Shown: positions 24,426-30,528 of the stretch, in pieces | Layout of the letters: each line of letters starts with the position of its first letter | How positions within the stretch are numbered: the first letter of the stretch is position 1 | NCBI RefSeq assembly: GCF_030253515.1 | Contig: NZ_CP124549.1 | Span: 570,001 to 602,000 of the forward strand | Origin: Candidatus Nanosynbacter lyticus | GTDB lineage: Bacteria > Patescibacteriota > Saccharimonadia > Saccharimonadales > Saccharimonadaceae | Direction of reading: 5' to 3' | Length of the DNA stretch: 32,000 bases | Notes under the pieces: generated by a model | What the model saw: only the letters and a program-made list of their open reading frames with translations | The model's database searches: none | Told to the model about the DNA's origin: nothing | Translations under genes and position numbers: made by a program

Positions 24426-24431
24426 GATATC

Positions 24432-24965
24432 ATGCCAGAAATTACCCTCCTCCTGCACAACATTCGCTCGACGTACAATGTCGGTGCAATTATGAGAACA
24501 GCCGAAGGCTTTGGCGTCAGGCAAATTATCTTTAGCGGCTATACACCGTACCCCGATTTACGATTAGCCGATCCCCGGTCTATCGATCCAAGGCTGCCGC
24601 ACATTACCGAAAGGTTGACCGCCCAGATTCACAAGACTGCGCTAGGCGCAGAAACAATGCTGCCCTTTAGCTACGTAGTTGATATTCACCAGTGGTTGGC
24701 GGAGAATGCCAGCAGGGAACGCTTACCTGTGATTGCCCTAGAGCAGTCAGCGTCGAGCACAGAGCTCAATACGTTCCGGCCACCAACCCGCTTTGCCCTA
24801 CTCCTCGGCGAGGAGGTCTATGGCATTGAGCCGGACATTCTAGCGCGGTGCGATCACATTGTCGAAATCCCCATGCAGGGTGCTAAAGAGTCATTTAATG
24901 TCTCAGTTGCGGCCGGTATCGCACTCTACGGCCTCTGTTTTTCGCTAAATATAACCCCGGGCTAG
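24432..24965 (+). CDS. SpoU/TrmH-family RNA 2'-O-methyltransferase
   Basis: It reads MPEITLLLHNIRSTYNVGAIMRTAEGFG..., LLLGEEVYGI and IPMQGAKESFNVSVAAGIALY (SPOUT motifs). The track ORF begins at a TTG at 24408; the first ATG is at 24432. Confidence 0.85.
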   Translation: MPEITLLLHNIRSTYNVGAIMRTAEGFGVRQIIFSGYTPYPDLRLADPRSIDPRLPHITERLTAQIHKTALGAETMLPFSYVVDIHQWLAENASRERLPVIALEQSASSTELNTFRPPTRFALLLGEEVYGIEPDILARCDHIVEIPMQGAKESFNVSVAAGIALYGLCFSLNITPG

Positions 24966-25309
24966 ATCATAATCCCTACGGGCGTAAATGATGTCACAAT
25001 TGCCATTAAAATCAGCGTCACGTACCAAATCTTGCGATTAAATTGATATTTCTCAACCGACACCACTAAAAGCAGCCCGACAATCAGTCCAACCGGCAAC
25101 GCCTGGATTACTACCACGCCCAGCTCAATCGGCTGCTTCAGCCGCAGCCACAATGCCGCCAGCACGACACATACCACCAGCTTTACGAAAAAAGTGCTGT
25201 CATTTTCATACAGCCGCTCCCGTCCTTTGCGGTTGGTGATGCTACTTGCCTTTGAGCGATTACGAGCGTACGTTCGTGATTTTTGTTTTGCCATAAGCTT
25301 TTTTATCAT
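24962..25309 (-). CDS. Small membrane protein (unknown function)
   Basis: A basic N-terminus (MIKKLMAKQKSRTYARNRSKASSITNRKGRERL) is followed by 3 hydrophobic helices. The start is uncertain: ATG at 25309 or 25294, while the track uses a TTG at 25333. The stop overlaps the methyltransferase stop (shared CTAG). Confidence 0.45.
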   Translation of the reverse strand: MIKKLMAKQKSRTYARNRSKASSITNRKGRERLYENDSTFFVKLVVCVVLAALWLRLKQPIELGVVVIQALPVGLIVGLLLVVSVEKYQFNRKIWYVTLILMAIVTSFTPVGIMI

Positions 25310-25334
25310 ATCATACCATGCATACCATAGCAAA

Positions 25335-25360
25335 GCAGCCCCGCATGAAAGCGAGGCTGC
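25335..25360 (-). terminator. Candidate rho-independent terminator after the FG-GAP gene
   Basis: The minus-strand RNA reads GCAGCCUCGC-uuucau-GCGGGGCUGC followed by UUUGCUAU. Confidence 0.45.
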
Positions 25361-25386
25361 CCTAAGTTTAGGTTACGAGAAATAAA

Positions 25387-26283
25387 TTACCACATATTCG
25401 TCAGGTGGACCGACTTAAATCCATTCCAGCCGTGACCGACTTCTGCTGAACCACTACTAAACGGCCAATTCATGTTGCCGCTATTCGTATATTGCAGCAA
25501 CCGTCCGTCTTTCGTCCGGCCGACGATATCCGCCAGGCCATCAGTATTCATATCACCGAGCATAATGGTATCAAACCCGTTCCAGCCATGACCGATTTGA
25601 CGACCGCTCTCAAACATTGCCGTCTTGTTGTTCCGCCCACGATTGAGATATGCCCACATCGTACCGTCCTGCCGTACTGCGACGATATCATCATAACCAT
25701 CACCGTTCAAATCACCGGCAACGATCGATCGAGCATTATTCCAACCGTGACCGATTTGACGGGCTTCATCTGACACGAAATCATACACTCCTTCAAGCTT
25801 CTTGTAGCGTAGATAAACTTTGCCTGCCATCAGGTTACCGTTGTTATCAACATAAACATGTGAGGCCGGGCTGTCTTTACCGTGCAGCTTGGCGAACACT
25901 GCATCACCCTGATAGTCGATATCGCTGGCGACTGGCTTGTCAGCAAATGGTGTCGTCGTGGAGCCATTATTGCGGAACACTTGGGCCTTTTGATTCTTTG
26001 AATAGGCAACGATATCCGGACGACCATCACCATCCATGTCAGCAAATGTAATGTTTGTGTATTTATTAAAGCCCTGCCCGATCTTTGTCGAACCGCCACT
26101 AAATGGCCAACCCGGGATAGCATTGTTCTGATACAGCCACAACGAGCCATCTTTGCTCAAGCCAACTGCGTCACTGAAGACAACACCCTCGGTAGCATTC
26201 GCAACTGGTGCGCCACTCAGCACCAAGCCAAACACCGTCGCCGACAGCCCAAGCGCCGTTACCGTTTTCTTTAGTATTCCCAT
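25387..26283 (-). CDS. Secreted FG-GAP/VCBS-repeat beta-propeller protein
   Basis: The signal peptide is MGILKKTVTALGLSATVFGLVLSGAPVANA. There are three Ca-binding-type repeats (DMDGDGRPDIVAY, DLNGDGYDDIVAV, DMNTDGLADIVGR) and recurring GHGWN/GQGFN motifs. The start is placed at the ATG at 26283, preceded by GGAGGG (the track start is 26301). Confidence 0.8.
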   Translation of the reverse strand: MGILKKTVTALGLSATVFGLVLSGAPVANATEGVVFSDAVGLSKDGSLWLYQNNAIPGWPFSGGSTKIGQGFNKYTNITFADMDGDGRPDIVAYSKNQKAQVFRNNGSTTTPFADKPVASDIDYQGDAVFAKLHGKDSPASHVYVDNNGNLMAGKVYLRYKKLEGVYDFVSDEARQIGHGWNNARSIVAGDLNGDGYDDIVAVRQDGTMWAYLNRGRNNKTAMFESGRQIGHGWNGFDTIMLGDMNTDGLADIVGRTKDGRLLQYTNSGNMNWPFSSGSAEVGHGWNGFKSVHLTNMW

Positions 26284-26355
26284 ACGTCCCTCCACCGTCA
26301 TAGACGGTATTTATTTAGTACACTCCTACCGTACTACGTTTTCTACATAAAAGCA

Positions 26356-26382
26356 ATCCCGCTTGTGATTATCAAGCGGGAT
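26356..26382 (-). terminator. Rho-independent terminator immediately after rpsJ
   Basis: The stem is a perfect 10 bp (ATCCCGCTTG / CAAGCGGGAT) with a 7-nt loop. On the minus strand it is followed by UGCUUUUAUG. Confidence 0.6.
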
Positions 26383-26413
26383 CGTGGTAAATTCTACTGT
26401 AGGATTAGGCCAA

Positions 26414-26731
26414 TTACATCCGAATCTCAGCGTCAACACCAGCCGGTAAGCTCAGATTCTGTAGGCTATCAATCGTTTTTGGTGTGGCATTGGTAATGTC
26501 AATAAGGCGCTTATGGGTGCGCATCTCGTAACTCTCGCCGCCCATTTTGTAGACGTGCGGGCTCTTTACCACCGTGTAGGTGCTGCGACGAGTCGGCAGC
26601 GGCACAGGGCCAGCTACGCTCGCGCCGGTGCGAATTGCCGTATCGATAATTTGTTTTGCTGACTGGTCGATGACTTTATGGTCGTACGCTTTCAGGCGAA
26701 TACGAATCTTAATACCAGTGTCTTGAGCCAT
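26414..26731 (-). CDS. rpsJ: 30S ribosomal protein S10 (NusE)
   Basis: It reads [47 protein letters not shown]... (105 aa). The start is at the ATG at 26731, behind AAGGAGGAG; the track's longer ORF begins at 26770. Confidence 0.95.
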   Translation of the reverse strand: MAQDTGIKIRIRLKAYDHKVIDQSAKQIIDTAIRTGASVAGPVPLPTRRSTYTVVKSPHVYKMGGESYEMRTHKRLIDITNATPKTIDSLQNLSLPAGVDAEIRM

Positions 26732-26750
26732 AGCTCCTCCTTTATGTGCG

Positions 26751-26804
26751 ACTCCGTAACCTCTGCTCACGTCCGCGCCTCGCGGATGGCCGAGTTCTCG
26801 GAGT
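26751..26804 (-). promoter_or_regulatory. Structured 5' leader of rpsJ with alternative pairings involving an anti-SD-like CUCC
   Basis: The leader RNA is ACUCCGAGAACUCGGCCAUCCGCGAGGCGCGGACGUGAGCAGAGGUUACGGAGU. It contains a local hairpin CCGA-GAAC-UCGG and a hairpin CCGCG-AGG-CGCGG. The 5' ACUCCG is also complementary to the distal CGGAGU, which lies 12 nt before the SD, and CUCC is complementary to the SD GGAG. Confidence 0.4.
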
Positions 26805-26823
26805 AAATTAATACTGTTTGGCG

Positions 26824-26832
26824 ATTATATCA
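26824..26832 (-). promoter_or_regulatory. Extended -10 promoter (TGaTATAAT) for rpsJ, giving a leader of about 85-90 nt
   Basis: The minus strand reads ttgTGaTATAATcgccaaac, with a -35-like TAGCCA 17 nt upstream. Confidence 0.45.
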
Positions 26833-26849
26833 CAATACCTGAAGTATGG

Positions 26850-27464
26850 CTAGTCAAGAACTACCGGATTTGCTGCCACCCACTGACGCCACTGCGCGAC
26901 ATCTTCAATCGGTGGCCGATAACCCATAGCTTCACCTAACTGGCTCGCCGCCAAAATACAGGCTGCAATATAATCGGCATTAGCTTCGTGGTCAGACCGG
27001 ACATATTCTTGGTATTGTTCACTAGTATAGTCCACTGGTAGAGGTACGATGGTATTATCTATCTCACCAAAAACCTGCATTACCTTTTTGTCAAGCTGGA
27101 TTACGTGCCCTAACTCATGACAAAACGCTATCAACCCGACGATTTGACGACCTATTTCTGCATCCTCAAGTCGCTCACGTGGCACACCCAATCGAGACGA
27201 CATCCGTGCTATAAGATTCGGACTAGACAGCGTCTCCCTCGTGCCGATGACAATCATTGGAATTTTCTCACCATCCCATACTTCACCCTCACCACCTCTG
27301 AAGTCACCACTGTTCTCATCAATAACAATTTGCATCTCCTCTAGTGTCCGAGCCGGAAACAAATTCAAGGCGGTCTCGTAAATATCACCTGCTAGCGGAT
27401 TGATATACTCACCAAGTGTTTCGACTCTTAATTTTTGCGCTTTTTTGTGCGACAACTCTTCCAT
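26850..27464 (-). CDS. Hypothetical cytoplasmic protein with an HExxH zinc-metallopeptidase motif
   Basis: 204 aa with no signal peptide. It has a single HELGH (LIAFCHELGHVIQLD) about two thirds of the way along. I do not recognise the family. Confidence 0.6.
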   Translation of the reverse strand: MEELSHKKAQKLRVETLGEYINPLAGDIYETALNLFPARTLEEMQIVIDENSGDFRGGEGEVWDGEKIPMIVIGTRETLSSPNLIARMSSRLGVPRERLEDAEIGRQIVGLIAFCHELGHVIQLDKKVMQVFGEIDNTIVPLPVDYTSEQYQEYVRSDHEANADYIAACILAASQLGEAMGYRPPIEDVAQWRQWVAANPVVLD

Positions 27465-27474
27465 AGTAATCTAT

Positions 27475-27503
27475 ACTGTAACATATAATATTTATTCCGT
27501 CAA
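27475..27503 (-). promoter_or_regulatory. Promoter TTGACG, 17 nt, TACAGT, 10 nt before the ATG at 27464 (very short or no leader)
   Basis: The minus strand reads cTTGACGgaataaatattatatgtTACAGTatagattactATG. No SD is present. Confidence 0.4.
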
Positions 27504-27506
27504 GCA

Positions 27507-28433
27507 TTACTCTAAACTACGAATTGCCTCCGTTACCACCTCGGCCGAATGACGTAGCGCCGCCTGCTCGCGCTCATTAAGCGGATACCCTGTCAAGATT
27601 TTTACACCATCTGCACAAATCGTTGACGGTAGGCCAAGCACTACATCGTGCAGTCCATACTCGCCCTCAACCAGTGAGCAAACTGGATATACTGAACGCG
27701 ACGATGAGCGTAGTGCCGAGACAATCTTGGAAATAACGAAACCAATTGCATAATACGTCGACCGCTTGGTCTCGATCACCCGGTATGCCCGCTGACGAAT
27801 TTTCTCCTCAATACCGTCGACCATCGCTGGCTTAAATCCCGGATAATCAGCAAGCGGTACCTCACCGACTTGCGCTGATTCAATTGTCGCAAATGATGAA
27901 TCACCATGCTCCCCTAAAATATAGGCGTCAACCTCTCGACTATGTACATCTAGCTGATCCGCGATATACGACTTAAGCCGCGACGTATCGAGCGTCGTTC
28001 CGGTACCAAACACCCGACTCTTTGGCAAGCCCGATTCCTTCAGCGCCACATACGTTAATGCATCGACCGGATTCGACACTACAATGATATATGGATGAGC
28101 ACCACTTTTCATAATATTCCTAATAGTCCCACACATAATCTCAGCGTTCACGCCAAGCAACTCCAATCGTGTCTGCCCCGGCTGCTGCGGCGCACCAGCG
28201 GTGATAACCACGATATCATCAGTCTTGATATCGTCATAACTGCCTGGCCGCACCACAACACACCGATCAATTCCCATTGCGTCATTGATATCAGCCGCCT
28301 GCCCCCACGCCAAGTCAGGGTTGCGGTCGATCAACACAATTTCCTCAACTACACTCCGCAGTGCACAGGCGTACGCCGCCGTCGCACCGACCATGCCACC
28401 CGCACCGACGATCACCAACTTCTGTTTATTCAT
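27507..28433 (-). CDS. ldh: L-lactate dehydrogenase
   Basis: 308 aa with the NAD fold VIVGAGGMVGAT, GEHGDS, and Gln rather than Arg at the substrate-discriminating position (AGAPQQPGQTR), which favours LDH over MDH. Confidence 0.85.
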   Translation of the reverse strand: MNKQKLVIVGAGGMVGATAAYACALRSVVEEIVLIDRNPDLAWGQAADINDAMGIDRCVVVRPGSYDDIKTDDIVVITAGAPQQPGQTRLELLGVNAEIMCGTIRNIMKSGAHPYIIVVSNPVDALTYVALKESGLPKSRVFGTGTTLDTSRLKSYIADQLDVHSREVDAYILGEHGDSSFATIESAQVGEVPLADYPGFKPAMVDGIEEKIRQRAYRVIETKRSTYYAIGFVISKIVSALRSSSRSVYPVCSLVEGEYGLHDVVLGLPSTICADGVKILTGYPLNEREQAALRHSAEVVTEAIRSLE

Positions 28434-28468
28434 GTTTGTCTCCTAATTTTTATTGCGATAACTTCTCT

Positions 28469-28497
28469 ACTGTAACGCTATCTTGTTGTTTTGTCAA
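28469..28497 (-). promoter_or_regulatory. Sigma70-type promoter for ldh: TTGACA, 17 nt, TACAGT
   Basis: The minus strand reads TTGACAaaacaacaagatagcgtTACAGT. A leader of about 30 nt follows, with an AGGAGA SD 5 nt before the ATG. Confidence 0.55.
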
Positions 28498-28520
28498 GAT
28501 ACTCATAGTAATATATCATT

Positions 28521-28549
28521 AAAAATCCCCCGGAAACCGGGGGATTTTT
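28521..28549 (-). terminator. Strong rho-independent terminator after tuf (symmetric A5/T5 flanks, potentially bidirectional)
   Basis: The sequence is AAAAATCCCCCGG-aaa-CCGGGGGATTTTT, a perfect 9-bp GC-rich stem extendable through the A/T runs. It lies 18 nt downstream of the tuf stop. Confidence 0.85.
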
Positions 28550-28566
28550 GGGTTGCAGTGTAAAGA

Positions 28567-29751
28567 CTATTTGTTAATCTTTGTCACCACACCAGCACCA
28601 ACGGTACGGCCACCTTCGCGGATGGCAAAGTTCAAACCTTGCTCCATAGCGATTGGGGCGAGCAACTTAACCTTGAAGGTTACGGTGTCGCCTGGCATGA
28701 CCATTTCTTTGTCAGCTGGCAGCTCAACTTCACCCGTCACGTCAGTGGTGCGGAAGTAGAACTGTGGCTTGTAACCCTTGGAGAATGGAGTGTGGCGACC
28801 GCCTTCTTCCTTCTTCAGGATGTACACCTCAGCTTCAAACTCGGTGTGTGGTGTAATCGTACCTGGCTTAGCCAAAACCTGACCGCGCTCAATATCGCTG
28901 CGCTCAATACCGCGTAGCAAAACGCCGGCATTGTCACCTGCTTGACCCTGATCCAGAGACTTCTTAAACGCCTCAATACCAGTGACTACTGATTTCTGAG
29001 TTGGGCGGATACCAACGATTTCAACCTCGTCGTTCAGCTTAACAACACCCTGCTCGATACGACCAGTTGCCACAGTACCGCGACCCTTGATCGAGAAGAC
29101 GTCCTCAATTGGCATAATGAATGGCTTGTCCATGTCGCGTGGTGGCTCTGGGATATAGCTATCCATAGCATCAACCAGCTCCATGATGGCGTCTTCGTAC
29201 TTCTCATCGCCCTCCAATGCCTTAAGAGCCGAACCCTTGATAATTGGAGCATTCTCGTCAAAGCCGTTCTTGGCAAGCAGCTCACGAACTTCTTCTTCGA
29301 TCAGCTCGACCATATCTGCGTCAGCCATGTCCATCTTGTTGAGGAAGACAACGATCTTTGGCACGCCAACCTGCTTTGCCAGCAGCACGTGCTCGCGGGT
29401 TTGCGGCATCGGACCGTCGGTTGCAGCAATCACGAGGATCGCGCCATCAACCTGGGCAGCACCGGTGATCATGTTCTTGACGTAGTCAGCGTGGCCTGGC
29501 ATATCAACGTGCGCGTAGTGACGGTTCGGTGACTCGTATTCTTGGTGTGAGCTGGCGATAGTAATACCACGCTGGCGCTCTTCTGGTGCGTTATCGATCT
29601 GGTCGTACGCAATTGGTTTGTTGACTGCGCTTGGAAGGCGCTTTGCGAGCACTGCCGTAATTGCGGCGGTCAGTGTCGTCTTACCGTGGTCAACGTGGCC
29701 CATTGTACCCACGTTAACGTGCGGCTTGCTTCGGTCAAATGCATCTGCCAT
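28567..29751 (-). CDS. tuf: Elongation factor Tu
   Basis: 394 aa with [21 protein letters not shown] and SAL G-motifs, and full-length EF-Tu similarity. A strong SD (AAGGAGAA) is present. Confidence 0.97.
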   Translation of the reverse strand: MADAFDRSKPHVNVGTMGHVDHGKTTLTAAITAVLAKRLPSAVNKPIAYDQIDNAPEERQRGITIASSHQEYESPNRHYAHVDMPGHADYVKNMITGAAQVDGAILVIAATDGPMPQTREHVLLAKQVGVPKIVVFLNKMDMADADMVELIEEEVRELLAKNGFDENAPIIKGSALKALEGDEKYEDAIMELVDAMDSYIPEPPRDMDKPFIMPIEDVFSIKGRGTVATGRIEQGVVKLNDEVEIVGIRPTQKSVVTGIEAFKKSLDQGQAGDNAGVLLRGIERSDIERGQVLAKPGTITPHTEFEAEVYILKKEEGGRHTPFSKGYKPQFYFRTTDVTGEVELPADKEMVMPGDTVTFKVKLLAPIAMEQGLNFAIREGGRTVGAGVVTKINK

Positions 29752-29826
29752 TTGTAGAAGTTCTCCTTTTTTAATAATATTTTCACGCGATAAGCCCCCG
29801 AAAAAGGCTCCACGGCGTATGGGCTA

Positions 29827-29855
29827 ATTATAACTGGTTTGCAAACTGTTGTAAA
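29827..29855 (-). promoter_or_regulatory. Candidate tuf promoter TTTACA, 17 nt, TATAAT, with a leader of about 70 nt
   Basis: The minus strand reads TTTACAacagtttgcaaaccagtTATAAT. It is interdigitated with the divergent plus-strand promoter at 29839-29868. Confidence 0.45.
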
Positions 29856-29868
29856 TAGGGTTTATACT
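29839..29868 (+). promoter_or_regulatory. Promoter TTGCAA, 18 nt, TATACT, 6 nt before the ATG at 29875 (predicted leaderless)
   Basis: The plus strand reads TTGCAAactgttgtaaatagggttTATACTatgagcATG. It has the same -35 and -10 hexamers as the rpiB promoter. Confidence 0.4.
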
Positions 29869-29874
29869 ATGAGC

Positions 29875-30393
29875 ATGAGTATCTTTTCTAAGAAAGCAAC
29901 ACCTGAAGCAACCCGCACTAGTGTATATCCAAAACGATTATCATATGACGAGCGTCGGGAACTAAATGCCGAATATGATCGTCGCCGTCAAACCAACTTA
30001 CCAAAGCTACCTTCGTTGGGCATTGCTCTTATCCTGACAATGACCCTCTCTATAGCTTGGGTGCTTATCAAGCTCACTACCTTATTCATCAAAACGAGCG
30101 GACAGTCTGCTATTTTTCTGTTATTCTTTCTCTTTATCCTCATCGCAATCTGCTACGGTGTCACATTTTTCTATGTTAAGCGTATTCTCGATAGGCTGAG
30201 CGTTAGCGGTACAAAGTTTGTTATTATTTACCTCGCGCTCGTTGGTGTCATACTCGGGTGCTGCCACCAACTTGGTATCGCTCCTTTTCATGCACTTCTG
30301 TCATTACCGGTTTCAGTTTTGTTAATCGCTGCTAGTGGACACTACATTGCGACGAGTATACTTGCTAAATGCTGCATCCATTTTGAGTGGTAA
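29875..30393 (+). CDS. Polytopic membrane protein (unknown function)
   Basis: It reads MSIFSKKATPEATRTSVYPKRLSYDERRELNAEYDRRRQTN followed by about 4 hydrophobic helices. It looks AT-rich by eye. The start could be the ATG at 29869 or at 29875; the track's TTG at 29839 is unlikely. Confidence 0.5.
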   Translation: MSIFSKKATPEATRTSVYPKRLSYDERRELNAEYDRRRQTNLPKLPSLGIALILTMTLSIAWVLIKLTTLFIKTSGQSAIFLLFFLFILIAICYGVTFFYVKRILDRLSVSGTKFVIIYLALVGVILGCCHQLGIAPFHALLSLPVSVLLIAASGHYIATSILAKCCIHFEW

Positions 30394-30459
30394 TAGTAGT
30401 TATTGTATTATATACAACACTTTCTTACAGTAGTAAATTGTTGTAATTATTACTTTCTG

Positions 30460-30488
30460 TTGGTTATTTTTCTAAGATGTCTTATACT
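30460..30488 (+). promoter_or_regulatory. Candidate glmS promoter TTGGTT, 17 nt, TATACT
   Basis: The plus strand reads TTGGTTatttttctaagatgtctTATACT. A 40-nt leader follows, with an AAGGAGA SD. Confidence 0.35.
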
Positions 30489-30528
30489 GAGAAGCGTGTA
30501 TCAGTTAATACTAAAGGAGAAATAATCT

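Noticed and set aside
29775-29800. A hairpin in the tuf leader (GAGCC-uuuuucggg-GGCUU) as a possible attenuator or upstream terminator.
   Set aside because: The stem is only 5 bp including a G-U pair, has no following U-tract, and no upstream gene on that strand needs a terminator.
30394-30528. A possible glmS ribozyme or riboswitch in the 135-nt region upstream of glmS, and a 15-bp inverted repeat TTGTAT-N3-ATACAA at 30403-30417.
   Set aside because: The region is very AT-rich. It contains none of the GC-rich conserved core segments of the glmS ribozyme as I remember them, and only about 40 nt lie between the best promoter candidate and the ATG. The inverted repeat is short and AT-only, so it is easily explained by chance in this composition.
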